NCBI RefSeq assembly: GCF_002105155.1
Contig: NW_019028981.1
Location: 1,302,001 to 1,366,000 of the forward strand
DNA from: Lobosporangium transversale
Taxonomy: Eukaryota
Direction of reading: 5' to 3'
Length of the DNA stretch: 64,000 bases
The first letter of the stretch is position 1. Every line of letters begins with the position of its first letter. A program made the position numbers and the translations under genes. Shown here piece after piece: positions 12,351-25,169 of the stretch. A model generated the notes under the pieces. That model was given only the letters and a program-made list of their open reading frames with translations, searched no databases and was not told where the DNA came from.

Positions 12351-14105
12351 TTATAATAAATGCAGTTTGATAATATCTTTTATTTTGGACTGTTTTGTAC
12401 ACTGGATTTTCCAAACCTCTTGTGGCTCAAGGACGTTATCGATGGTTTCCTGCCTCTTGTAGTTCAGGCCACGTCTTGGTATTTCCGCCTCCATCTGTCT
12501 CATTAACCATACAATACGACCAAAAATAGCTTTCGCACTCTCCTCCCAACCGGCGCTCCCATAATCAACCTTAGGAGCCAGTCTCGATACCTTGAATTTC
12601 GGGCAACTTGCCACTGAAGACGCGCATCGAGATCGATCTATACTACATTCCACAAAATACCAGGTCATGGCATCCGTAACGATACCATATGCTTTCATTG
12701 GGTTGGCCTCATCCTCCTCCTTTCCATCGTCGTCGTCTGTACGCTTGCGCTTTCGATTCGTCAATGAGGATTCCAGCTGCACCAGGTTTTGGGCCAAACC
12801 CTTCTTGAAGTCCTCTCGCTTTACCTGTGTGACACCTAGAATGTGGTTCATACCGCCAACGGCTTCGATGGAAAAATCCACCCTTCCATGACCATGTTTA
12901 CCGCGAAGTTCTCTTTGTTGAACAAGTGTTAACGTTTTCTCAAAAAGCAATACAGCCTGTGTGATGTACGAACAAACAAAGGTGGAACAAGTTGCTTCGT
13001 TTGATGGTAAGCGGCTTCCCATTGTTCTTACTCTTGCATCAAGCTCCTCGCACAGCTTCCGCAATGCATCCTGGTTTATGCTCTCTGTCAATATGTTGTC
13101 AAATGATGGCAGATCAGGGATGTCGGGTGCCTCCATGTTCGATATACCGTACAGAGTGTTGACTTCTGCAAGCGTAAAGTCTGTATATTTTTTTGTTGGG
13201 GTCTCCAGCGCCACTACTAGGGTCATTCCACCAGTCTTCCTTTGCTGTCTTAGGATATTTCTAAAGTGATTGTCGTCGGGGACTTCTGAGCGGCCATCCA
13301 CGATTACTGACAGAACAAGATCTCCTTTTCCGTCCTCTCTTTCTGGATATGCACGGAAGATCGCGCCCACAAGCTCTTTCACTGTTGTTTTCTCGACATC
13401 GGCTGTCCAGCGAAAGGACTTGTTCTTGCTTGGCCGTACGATGACGTCTAATACGAAGATACTCTGCACATCCTCCAATTTTTTTTTCTCTTCATGTAAT
13501 TGTTCCTGTAAAGCTTTTTTCTCTTCATGTAGTTGTTCCTGTAAAGCTTTTTTCTCTTCATGTAATTGTCCCTGTAAACCTTTTATCACTTCACGCAACT
13601 GTTCTTGTGATTTTTTCATCTCTTCTTGTAATTTTTTTTTCTCTTCATGTAAATCTTCTACTTGTAATTTATAAGCATGACATAGAGAGTCTTTCAGCAT
13701 ATATATCAAGCTTGTGGAGGCACGCTAAATGCCTTTCTGGCATAGATAGCGATAATGGGACGAACATGGAAAAGCAGTTGACGTACCTTTGGGCTGCTCG
13801 ACGATAATATGGATCGTGGCTTTTGGAGCTCCGTCCTTGAACACATCTTGCAGTGTCTCCATTGAGTGGAGCTGACGCTTGAGATCAATATTACCAGCAA
13901 TGAGCTGGTTGTCTGTGTCCACATTCCAAGGAATCATAGCGCACCAAAGAACAAGTTTGCCAACAATGATTTGTGTGAGGTTGCTGATTAAGCTTTTGAG
14001 ATGACAGACAGTTTTATCGGAGGAAATCTCAACGGCGAATGCTTTTGAGGCAGGGTCACCACTGATTAAACAGAGCAGTTCGAGCGTGGCTGCTGTGGGT
14101 GTCAT
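12351..14105 (-). CDS. Crinkler (CRN)-family effector-like protein: ubiquitin-like header + coiled coil + PD-(D/E)xK REase-like domain
   Basis: Exon 1 (14105-13787) reads LELLCLISGD..AFAVEI..KTVCHLKSLI..LVLW..HIIVEQP, matching the CRN LFLAK/HVLVxxP-type header; GTACGT donor. An in-phase TAG acceptor ends at 13658. Exon 2 (13657-12351) has GRVDFSIE..GVTQVK..GLAQNLVQL, RKRKR and YGIVTDAMTWYF. Confidence 0.8.
13476..13657 (-). repeat. 33-bp tandem repeat encoding LHEEKKALQEQ coiled-coil units
   Basis: About 5 imperfect units (ttctcttcatgta.ttgttcctgtaaagcttt) inside the CRN gene. Confidence 0.85.
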
Positions 14106-14288
14106 TGTTGGGTGTTCAAAGTGAATGGTGGAGAGTGTGAAGAAAAAAGGCTGGTAATAAATATGAGTGCCAAGACACGCTGTGGCTTCGACCTTTTCGT
14201 CCAAGACACATTGTGATTTCGACCTTTTCGTGGGAACTAAGGATGTCTGTCTTTACGTTCTTTATCCGAACTAGCATAGGAAGGATAA

Positions 14289-14429
14289 TGCATTATGGGA
14301 ACCCATAAATGCAATGTCACATGGGCCTATATATTTTGTAAAGTTAAGAATACTCCCCAATTCATTGGAACCTTAAAAATATCCGGACGTTTTCCTTAGT
14401 AAATCGTCCGGATAAACAAAATTTTGGTG
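14289..14429 (-). repeat. Right terminal inverted repeat (~141 bp)
   Basis: Reverse complement of the left TIR, followed by TA. Confidence 0.92.
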
Positions 14430-14649
14430 TACATGATGAGGGCGTCAAAAAAAAAAAAAAAAAAAAAAAAGCTATATGTACACCACAGCACAACAAAAAT
14501 ATTTAAACGGGTGCCACATTCGTCGCTTTCATTCTCCAACCAAGCACGTCTTCAAGTTGTATTATCTTCCTTATTAATAAGAATAAAATCCTTAAAGCCC
14601 TATTACTTCCAAAAAAAAAAAAAAAAAAAAAAAAAAAAGAAAGAAAGAA

Positions 14650-15571
14650 ATGCACCCATCACCTAAAACCCTTGTCGTCTTTGGTGCAACTGGCCAACAA
14701 GGAGGATCTGTTATCAACTTTGTCCTTGATCATCCAGAACTATCTAGCCAATACAAGATTCGAGCTGTGACACGCGTCCCATCGAAGCCAGCTGCTCAAG
14801 CCTTGCAAGAGCGAGGAGTCGAGGTCGTTAAAGCAGATCTGTATGATAGAGAATCGCTCGATAAAGCTCTCAGAGGCGCACATACTGTCTTTGGGATGGT
14901 TACCACGACCTATGATGACAGTATCTACACTAAAGAAATTATCCGAAGCAAGAACTTAGCAGACGCAGCCGTAGCTGCAGGTGTCCAGTATATCATTTAC
15001 AGCAGTTTGCGAAATCTCTGGTGACAAATATATTGAGGTCGACACTTTCAATGTCAAAGCCGACACTGAAAAATACATTCGCTCTCTGCCCATCAAGAGT
15101 GCTTTTTTCTCACCAGCCATGTTTTATCAATGCTTTCACACCTTCTTTTTCCTCACGCGCCAAGATGATGGAACCTATGTGATATTCAATACTGTTCCTC
15201 CTCAGAGTGCGATTGAGTGCTACGATCCTGTTGCTGACACTGGCAAGTTTACAAATGTTATCCTTGCTGAACCGGATAAATTTGAAGGCAAGACTCTGTG
15301 TGCAGCAGCATACTCTTACTCGTTTGAAGATATAGCAGAGCTGATCAGTACAGCATCAGGCAAGACTGTCAAGTATAAGCAGATTTCTGTAGATGAGTAT
15401 GATCGTATGATGCCAGTTCAAAACAGAATTATCGGTGACCTTATGCTTTACGTGTCAGAACATGGTTGCTTTCATCCGAATGAGGAGGAGCATGAATGGG
15501 CGACCAAGCATATCGGCAAGTTGACCACGTTTGAAGAATACCTCCAGAAGAACCCACTCGAGCTGCAGTGA
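14650..15571 (+). pseudogene. NmrA/HSCARG-like copy 5 (11-bp deletion frameshift)
   Basis: ORFs 14650..15024 and 14981..15571. At ~15007-15010 only 4 nt (ttgc) remain where copy 2 has 15 nt (ttaccacatacacgc). Confidence 0.85.
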
Positions 15572-16782
15572 TCAACTAAAGCTAGAATTCGAAATGTAAA
15601 AATCAAATAAAAAGAAGTACAGCACTATTGAACAGGGTATGTGGCACGAGCCATACATAAGTCTTTAGGCCGTTTGGAACACGTATTCCGGCACTAATAG
15701 GGCCCAAGCAAAGGAGTGAATGTCAGACAACGATGAAGGCCTCTTTCTTAAACGAATGTAATAAATAAGGGTCCAAGGTGTATTATCATCCCTCATTTTG
15801 CGTTGAAGAATAAAGAATGGTTCATTATAAGGCATCACTGGAGCTGAGAAGCATTGCATAGAGCGACAAGATTCTGATATCCGCTCGGCATGTGCTGTAC
15901 TTGCTAAAACAACTGACCTCTAACTACAAGAGAGATGCATTTTAATGGAGATTTGTAATAGACTGATGGGGGGATGCAAACTGTAATAGGCAATGGTGAG
16001 GCTTGGGTAGGGTCAAGGATATATATTCAACAAAGTCTAAGCCTGGTCTAACAAGAAAGAGCCTTTTTAACACTGATTGTAACTGCGGTGCGAGCCATGG
16101 AGGATAGATACCAGAGTCTGTCTTCATTTCTGGAACTAAATCGAACACATGCTAAATGGATGATTCTTTAAGGTGTGATCAGACTTTTGCTGGTGTATAT
16201 ATTTTTTTTATTTTTCACCAGCACGTCAGAGCCCATATATTTTTCTTTTTCACTGGTGGAGTTGACTACTGATCTACAGATACCGACGTGAAGTATTCTA
16301 ATACGAGATATCCCAGTGTACCCTTGGTATACTACAACAGGAACCGCTGGCTGTGGGATTTCTTGGGTGGTGTTTGCCACACCGAGAAAAAAAAAAAAAA
16401 AAAAAAAAAAAAAAACATACCAATAATGCAAGATGCGCCACGGACCATGCGATCCATCGATGTCAAAACAGATAAATAATAAGATAAATATTTTAGCATA
16501 TGATGGCTCTCCTATTTACTTGGATGCTTCAATCTGGGAAGCCAAGATACTTTTCTGCAAGCGATTTTTATGTTCATAGCTGCTAGTGTGGCTGCTTAGA
16601 AGGCCGGTAGCAACTTTCGGTGCTTAATAACGGCGCTTAATAGTCGTAGTGGATGCATGGAGAGTCTAGCCCAATCGATGCAGATGCAGATTAGGTGACT
16701 TCTACTTTGCGGGCCTGGCTGTCGCACTACATGCATTACATGCATCTTTCCATATGATTTAACGCGCCATTTCGCACGCCCT

Positions 16783-16813
<31 letters not shown>

Positions 16814-17215
16814 CGTCGGCCTAGTTGACCCCCAACAATGCCCCTTGTTTGAGGCCACCAAAGAGGGATGAGGTTGACGTTCTATTCAATTCATTCAACC
16901 TATTCAAGCGATAGGCTTGACTGGACTCATAAACCTGATGTAACATTGTCTTATCATGTTCTTTGGGAAGGGGGTTTTGTTTTTCTCTCTATCTCAAGTC
17001 CATGCAGAGTTTGTGTAATTCGCAGTAAGGACGCATGACAGAAACAGTAGGTTGATGGAGGTGACTTACTTATATGGGATCGATATCAATTAGGCATTTT
17101 GGCAGATTTGCTATATCAAAACAGGTTGGCGTTTATTTCTTTCCACTTGTGGGGAAGTATGAGCTCAAGAACATCAAAAAGATGACCACAAGTGCTCTAA
17201 TGGTTTACTGAACCA

Positions 17216-17249
<34 letters not shown>

Positions 17250-17366
17250 AATAGATGCCGCTTTTCGCTTTTGTTACCAATTCACGCCTTCGAATTATAT
17301 CATCCTCCTTTCCTCTTTAATAGCAAAAACAAACCTTTACAGTTTTTTAATTCCCTTGCGCTTCCC

Positions 17367-17398
<32 letters not shown>

Positions 17399-17399
<1 letters not shown>

Positions 17400-18337
17400 T
17401 GAAACCACCTAAAACCCTCGTCGTCTTTGGCGCAACCGGCCAACAAGGAGGATCTGTTATCAACTTTGTCCTTGATCATCCAGAACTATCTAGCCAATAC
17501 AAGATTCGAGCTGTGACACGCGTCCCATCGAAGCCAGCTGCTCAAGCCTTGCAAGAGCGAGGAGTCGAGGTCGTTAAAGCAGATCTGTATGATAGAGAAT
17601 CGCTCGATAAAGCTCTCAGAGGCGCACATACTGTCTTTGGGATCACTTGCACAATTTTTGATGACAGTGCTTATGTTAAAGAATACCTTCAAGGCAAGAA
17701 TTTAGCAGATGCGGTTGTTGCCGCAGGAGCCCAGTATTTTATCTACGGTACTGTACGCCATGCAGGTGAAGTCTCCGGTGGCAAACATTCTGCTGTCCAT
17801 GCTTTCGACGTCAAGGCTGACATCGAGAAATACATTCGCACTCTGCCCATCAAGAGTGCTTTTTTCACACCAAGCGTATATATGCAAGACTTTCACAACT
17901 TTTTCTTCACTCCTAAACGCCAAGAGGATGGAACCTATGTGATATTCCAGGTAGTCAAACCTGACAGCGTATTTGAGTTTTTCGATCCTGCTTCTGACAC
18001 CGGTAAATTTGTAGGTGCTATCCTTGCAGAGCCCGACAAGTTTGCAGGCAAAACCTTGTGCGCAGTATCCACCTTTTGCTCATTTAGTGATGTAGCAGAG
18101 ATGATCAGTAAATCAACAGGCAAGACTGTCAAGTATAAGCAGGTGTCTTTGGATGAGTATGACCAAATCATGCCAACGAGTCATAGCAGGATCGTTGCTA
18201 ACGTTATGCTTTTCCTGGAGGAACACGGTTACTTTGGTGGTTTAAAGAAGGAGGTCGAATGGTCTACTAGTTGTCATCATGAGAAGTTGACCACATTTGA
18301 GGAGTTCATCGAGAAGAACCCTTTCCATCTGGAGTGA
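17399..18337 (+). CDS. NmrA/HSCARG-like NAD(P)-binding protein, copy 6
   Basis: Intact 312-aa ORF with the same motifs. Confidence 0.92.
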
Positions 18338-18709
18338 GTGGTTTTCAATGTATGGACACCTGAATAGTCTTTTCTAAAGTCTGGAGCAATTGATATAATA
18401 ACACCAAAGCAATCTTAAATAAAGACAATCAATTTCAAAGTTTACCATTTTACTTAATTGGTGTCTTCCAAAAGAAAAAGTCTCATTCTAGACGCGTCTG
18501 TTTACTATTTTTTTCTCTCTCTCCCATATCCAAAAAATGCTTTGCAAAACTAAGGAAAATGTCTGTCTGTTTTATTTAATTCGGAAGGGCTTGTTTTTCC
18601 TTTCTCCTTTCCTCTTTCTCTCCATCCATAAACGGATATGTATGTCTGCTGAAAAGTTAAAAAGAAAAGAAAAAAAAAAGAAATCGACAAGAGACCAAGT
18701 AAAATTTAT

Positions 18710-19734
<1,025 letters not shown>

Positions 19735-20337
19735 CTAACTAATGAAATACAACTTCCAAGCAACTTGGGGCTCATCCTTATCATCCTTAAGTAACCTCCA
19801 GAAATATTGAAGAAAACACACAAGCCTTTTTGATGGTCTCTTCTCTTTTCACGTAATCCTTAAAGTAATCCTTGATGGCTGTCTGATGATAGTCTTCTGG
19901 GCATAATTCATGGCTCCAAGATATTTTTTCCTAGTTGCCCAGTCATATGGCATCTAATGCAGGTGGCAATATGGCATGTTTTTACACACTGCTGATGGAT
20001 ACTATCGGATGGATGCTTTATATGCCCTGATGGATTACTCATGATATCAATGCCATAATAGAATCTCTCCGCACCTGTTTTTCGTACAAAGAAAGAGGAG
20101 GAACCCAAATTCAATCACCAACCAGATGAAATATGTATTTTCAAGTCACACATATAAAAAATAACCTATACATATTTAAGGGGGTCGTCGCTCCGCCTCA
20201 TAAAACCATTTTACGATCCAGATCAGACCATTATAACATATTCAATACATTCAGGCAGGAATAGCGACACTATCTTTATGTTTCACGAGGCCATCATTTA
20301 TTGTTTTATTTCATCCAACTCGAAGTACATCTACAAA

Positions 20338-21545
20338 TTAGTTCTTGTTGGCACGGATACCCTTGCCAGTCTTCTTGGGGATAGCCTTAACGGGCTTCTG
20401 TGAGTTGAGGACGGCAGAGACGCGAGCAAGAGCAGCCTAGATACACATGTAAAGCAAGTTTAAACCACGTATTAGATACGATACCCATCGATGAAAAAAA
20501 TTGTAATGAAAAGAATAAATGGACAGATAGAAAAATGGAAAGTGGCAAGACAATAGGAGATAAAGAAATGTTTCCACGTTGCTGTCGCAAAACTTTGAAT
20601 ATAGAGAATAACTCATTGTTTGATAGTGAAGCAGAACATTGGTCTCGAGAAAAAAGTCATTTGATGTCTTTCTTCCTTGTGGTCATCTTGCAAATAATGT
20701 ACGCCCAGCTTTCATGTCAAATGAATCTGCTGGGTTCTAGCACTTTGCGAAACAGAAGACAAATACTAAAAAGAGTTGATAAAAAAAAATAATAACGCAT
20801 TACCTTGCGGAGATCAGCACGGTAGCCATTGCGAGTAAGGCCAGCAACAGAGCGAGCAGACTTGCGGATACCCTTGGTAAGAGTAACCTTGTTGATGGCC
20901 TTAGCAGGCTTGAAGGCAGGAACGCTAGACTTCTTGGTAGCAACGACAACACCACGGCCAGAGGGAGCAGCAGTGATATCAACAGTCTATGATATATTCC
21001 AATGAGGACAGCCGTTGATGATTAACAAACGAGCTTAACAGTTGTGTTCAGCTTTATAAGTAATGAGATGTAGTAGTGTCCCATAAACGAAGAAATAATT
21101 CCTGCATATATATTCTACATCCCATGGACTACAGGTTTCTTCACCAAATATGTTCATATCTCGACGCCGTTTTTTAGAAAAGAAAAAATACGAGCTGCAT
21201 CTTGGGTGTCTGCATCCTGAATGTCATACTGAATACTAGATTGTTTCCATTGTCCTGTTTACAATAAGCGTACCTTCTTGTTGGCAAGACCAGAGTACTT
21301 GAACGAGTTCTTGTTCAACAAGTTTCCAGCCTCCGAGGAGAATTGAACGCCATTGCGCTTGACCAAGAAAGAGTTGTTCTTCTTGATAAGAAGCCTGATT
21401 GATAACCATTGTTTTAATAGAAAAAATAGTAATAATAATAATTGTCAATATCGCTGCTATATGCATAAGCCAAATCATTCCATTGTCCCTTATGTATTGC
21501 TGCCTCGCATTTTTGTGAACCATACCAGGTAAGATCAGCCGACAT
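20338..21545 (-). CDS. RPL28: 60S ribosomal protein eL28
   Basis: Exons 21545-21526, 21394-21274, 20986-20804 and 20436-20338 give [52 protein letters not shown], with canonical GT-AG sites. Confidence 0.95.
20566..20725 (-). ncRNA. Candidate intronic box H/ACA snoRNA (RPL28 intron 3)
   Basis: Host-gene strand: hairpin closed by TCATTTGA/TCAAATGA, H box AGACCA, a second hairpin (ATGTTCTGCT/AGCAACGT), and terminal ACATTT. Confidence 0.4.
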
Positions 21546-24500
21546 GTTTGTCTATTGGCCCAGGTAAGATAAAAAAATAAAACGGCAAACTCGATTAGAT
21601 CATAGGCTTTTAAAGCAAGATTTCACTAATCCTGGTCTGACGTTAATGTTGATGCTGTTGTATACAATTTGAATCCTAGTCATTAAATGATCCGGAAAAA
21701 TCAATTTTGTAGCAAGCTGAATGCTGAATCAAATGTTCCGCTTAATTCTGCTAAATTAAAGTAATCCAGAAAACAAAATTATGCACCATAATGATGAAGG
21801 ATGATCATAATTTCCCGAATTCTGCTGCAGAAGTCAAGAGCACGATAATCCTGTTATCCTGTTCCTATGATACATTGCCAAAATGATCGAATCAAGCACA
21901 TTACAATGATCCCAAATGAATGTGAAGAGAAGGATTTCTACTCTTCCTGAACCACTGTCCCTCAAAAGGGCAGGAAGAAAATCCATCGGGGTGGCTTGTG
22001 AACTCCGAACATTGACCATCACTATTGCCTAACCTGGAAGGCAAGAGCACGATTGGACAATTTAATGAAAGGAAATAAAAGCCGCCTCCTATATGAGATC
22101 ACAGTCTTCCATATTCGCTTAATCGAGAAGTCTGCTTACTCAGGCCAGAGAGCCTGCAATCCTTATAATCAATATGCGCTCCAGAAGGTCTATTCTCATG
22201 TGGCAAGTAAGATACCTTGGTTTCACGATGTCCGTCATGCAGATTTTACATTCACAGATCAGTAAAACTTTGCAACCGACACTTGCTGTACTTTGCAATT
22301 GGTGACTACCACCATCAGCACCTTTAATAAGGTCGCTCACCAAACGAACGTAGGGACGTCTACCGAACAAGAGCGCTATTCCCAGCTTAAGAAGCTACTT
22401 GAGGCATGAGTACTTTGGTGCAAAGCCCAAACCCACCACTATTTAAGATCCTATCAATAAAGAATCAAACTGTCTCTCACTAATGCTTAACTACCTATTA
22501 TTTCGAAAGACATAAATAGGGAGCAGTAGTAGATATAAGAACGTGTATCACTTACATCTGTATAGATGTTATTAAAAAGCATTACCTACTTCAAGGCGAA
22601 TCACTTTGGTGTAATGCCTTTGACTTTTGTAACTTTGCCTCTAAACAGACAGCTCATGCTCAGATAGCCATCAATTTCGTCTTCAACTGTCAATAGATGT
22701 ACGCATTTAGGACCATTCAATATCAGTATTTCTCAGCAACAAAGCTACAAAAGAAGTTTATATATATGATCAGCCAGAAAAAAGTATAGTCAAGGCATAC
22801 TGGAATCATTGTCAATCTTCTTCTACTTAACTGTTTGCAACAGAGAACTCACTAGCCTGAAAACGATTAAAAAATAGACAGATCATAACCCATTCCTTGC
22901 AAGGATAGATTAAAACAATTAGTCTTGATTGTGCACAAGTTTACATTCATTCAAGTTGATTGGAATGTAGTGAATGCTGTACGACCATGATGTGGAGAGA
23001 TTAAAAAGATAGACAAGCGCAAGGCACAGATCGACAGGATAGATGCAAAATGTTCAGGGGCTAATTAGTCCCCTTGATCTTGATAAACATCCCTAGACAA
23101 CATTACTGTTTGCCCGTCTACGAGCTTTCTCTCTATACCTTTTTTAATTTTTTAATTGTAAAGCATACTAAGCCCTATTATACTTAAAAGTGGCCCTGTG
23201 AAGGCATCAGACAATTAACCGATGATCTTGATGACTGACTCTTGCTGTCGCTTGTGGCGGTCTGATTGATCATCAGTAGGCGCCGTTTATCGTCGTAAAA
23301 GAGGTCGAATAGAGATGCGGTTGTAATGCGACTTCAGGGCTCCAGACTAGTTTAGGGAGGCTTTGGATTTGTCGCTGGCTTGTTAACAAGAACGCTTGGA
23401 GCGGGTTGCTGACAAGGTATTTCCAGATGAAAGTGTGTCGTAGTGTTGATAATGCATCACTTCTTCAGTGAAGGAGCATTTGTTCGGACGAGTAACCAAA
23501 ATGTTGTTCCTGTTGAACTGGGAAGCATTGGACAAGCTTTACAGCACATCTTCCTCAGCGCCAACTACTCTTAGGTATCAGGACAGTCCCTTGATATTTC
23601 GCCTTCACATCAAAGTATTACCGACTTTTTGATACCTATCTGGTCACTGTCATTGAAGCACAGATAGACACCCACCTATTACCAAAGCTCGCACCATCCG
23701 CCATCCGGTCCTGGAACGAATATGATATCCTCAAGACTGTGATCGATCGACATCATAAAGGCCATCATTGGTGCCATTTTTAATACTTTGTTTTCGATTT
23801 GACCTTGATACAATGCTTCTTAGTCAGAGTATTGTCGCGGTGTTGGAGGCTCATATCAGTCCATTACCTCATTAGGCCTAAAGTCTCGAACGTAAATAGG
23901 TAATTCTTCATTTCAATAAAGGCAATCATCTTATCCTTTTTTTTCTTTAGATACAAGAGATAGAAGGAAGAATAATTCAAAGGAAAGATGCCTCCTATGC
24001 CAGTCTTCTCACTCTTGATTCACATTGGCTGCACTGGTCGCTGCTGAATATGGCAACGGAAGAAGAAACAACAACCGAGTGATTACATTCACTAATGCAA
24101 GCCACGCATGGTAACAAAGTCTTGTTGAAAGCAAACTATAACTGTCCAATAGGCCAATGACTACCTACGAGATTACCATTGTCACCCAGCAAAGGAAATC
24201 TGATAACGACTTCTAGGATGGATCCTTGCCAAGGAACACTAGAGAAGACGCGCATGACTCTTTTGCATTCCCCATTAACATGGCCTGATGATAGTGCGTG
24301 CAGCCATTTTATAATATTTTAATCAACTTGTAGAAACAGTTTCTACTGTTATTGAGTATAAATTGTAATTGGTTTCAGGAACACTGGATCACTATAAATG
24401 GCTCCATTTTCTTGATCTACTCATATTGTAGCCTTCTTTGGCGTGGCGAACAACGAATCTAAATTGCCAAACTACAAGCTAAATGTTTTAGCCTATGCTA

Positions 24501-24698
24501 AAACAGAGGAGAGAAAGAAAACCGTTCTCTATCCGATCTTGGTATTCGTACAGAAATATATACGCTTTGAGGTAAGAGACATTTGAAGCAAAGATCAATC
24601 ATTAAGTCATACATCATCTCTCTTTGTTGAATTATTCCAAGTAAGATTACAGTAAGAATAACCATCGGCCCTTTGCAGTGAATATACTTTATAACTGC

Positions 24699-24729
<31 letters not shown>

Positions 24730-24732
24730 GAA

Positions 24733-25117
24733 TTAGTTAATGTTTATTGTTGACTTCTGGAAGTTATTAGGCTTGCCATTAGGTGTTGCAGACTGGTTTG
24801 TGATCAGTGGGCTATCATTCCCTGCTGCAGAGTTAAATGTAGCGATTGAGTTGGGCTGTGTAGCACTAGAGCCTACTGCTGAGCCAAGGCCATAGAGATA
24901 TCCACTATTAATCAAATGGAGGATGAACAAAATATAGAGTAAGTGATTGTTATGAAGCAATGATTCGTCCTTCATTCCTCAATATCAAACTTACAGATAC
25001 TTAGCGTCATCAATCTTGTCCTCAAAGAAAATTTGACGCATCTTAAAGAAGGTTGAGCATGTCAAAAGGCTATCACTTCCTGCTTGATGTTGTGATCCAA
25101 TTCTCACAACCTATCAC

Positions 25118-25169
<52 letters not shown>

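Larger units (their letters stand above)
10090..14429. mobile_element. pogo-type (IS630-Tc1-mariner) TIR DNA transposon carrying a Crinkler-like passenger gene
   Basis: Inverted repeats CACCAAAATTTTGTTTAT... at 10090 and ...ATAAACAAAATTTTGGTG ending at 14429, flanked by TA at 10088-10089 and 14430-14431. Encloses a CENP-B/DDE transposase (+) and a CRN gene (-). Confidence 0.92.

Noticed and set aside
13476..13657. 33-bp periodic repeat as a CRISPR-like array
   Set aside because: No unique spacers. It is an in-frame coding repeat for a coiled coil in a eukaryotic gene.
14477..14485. TGTACACCA just downstream of the right TIR, matching the TIR terminus
   Set aside because: Only 9 bp, and it aligns with the paralogous promoter sequence (tgtgcacc/tgtgcact) upstream of NmrA copies 2-4. 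Not a second element end.
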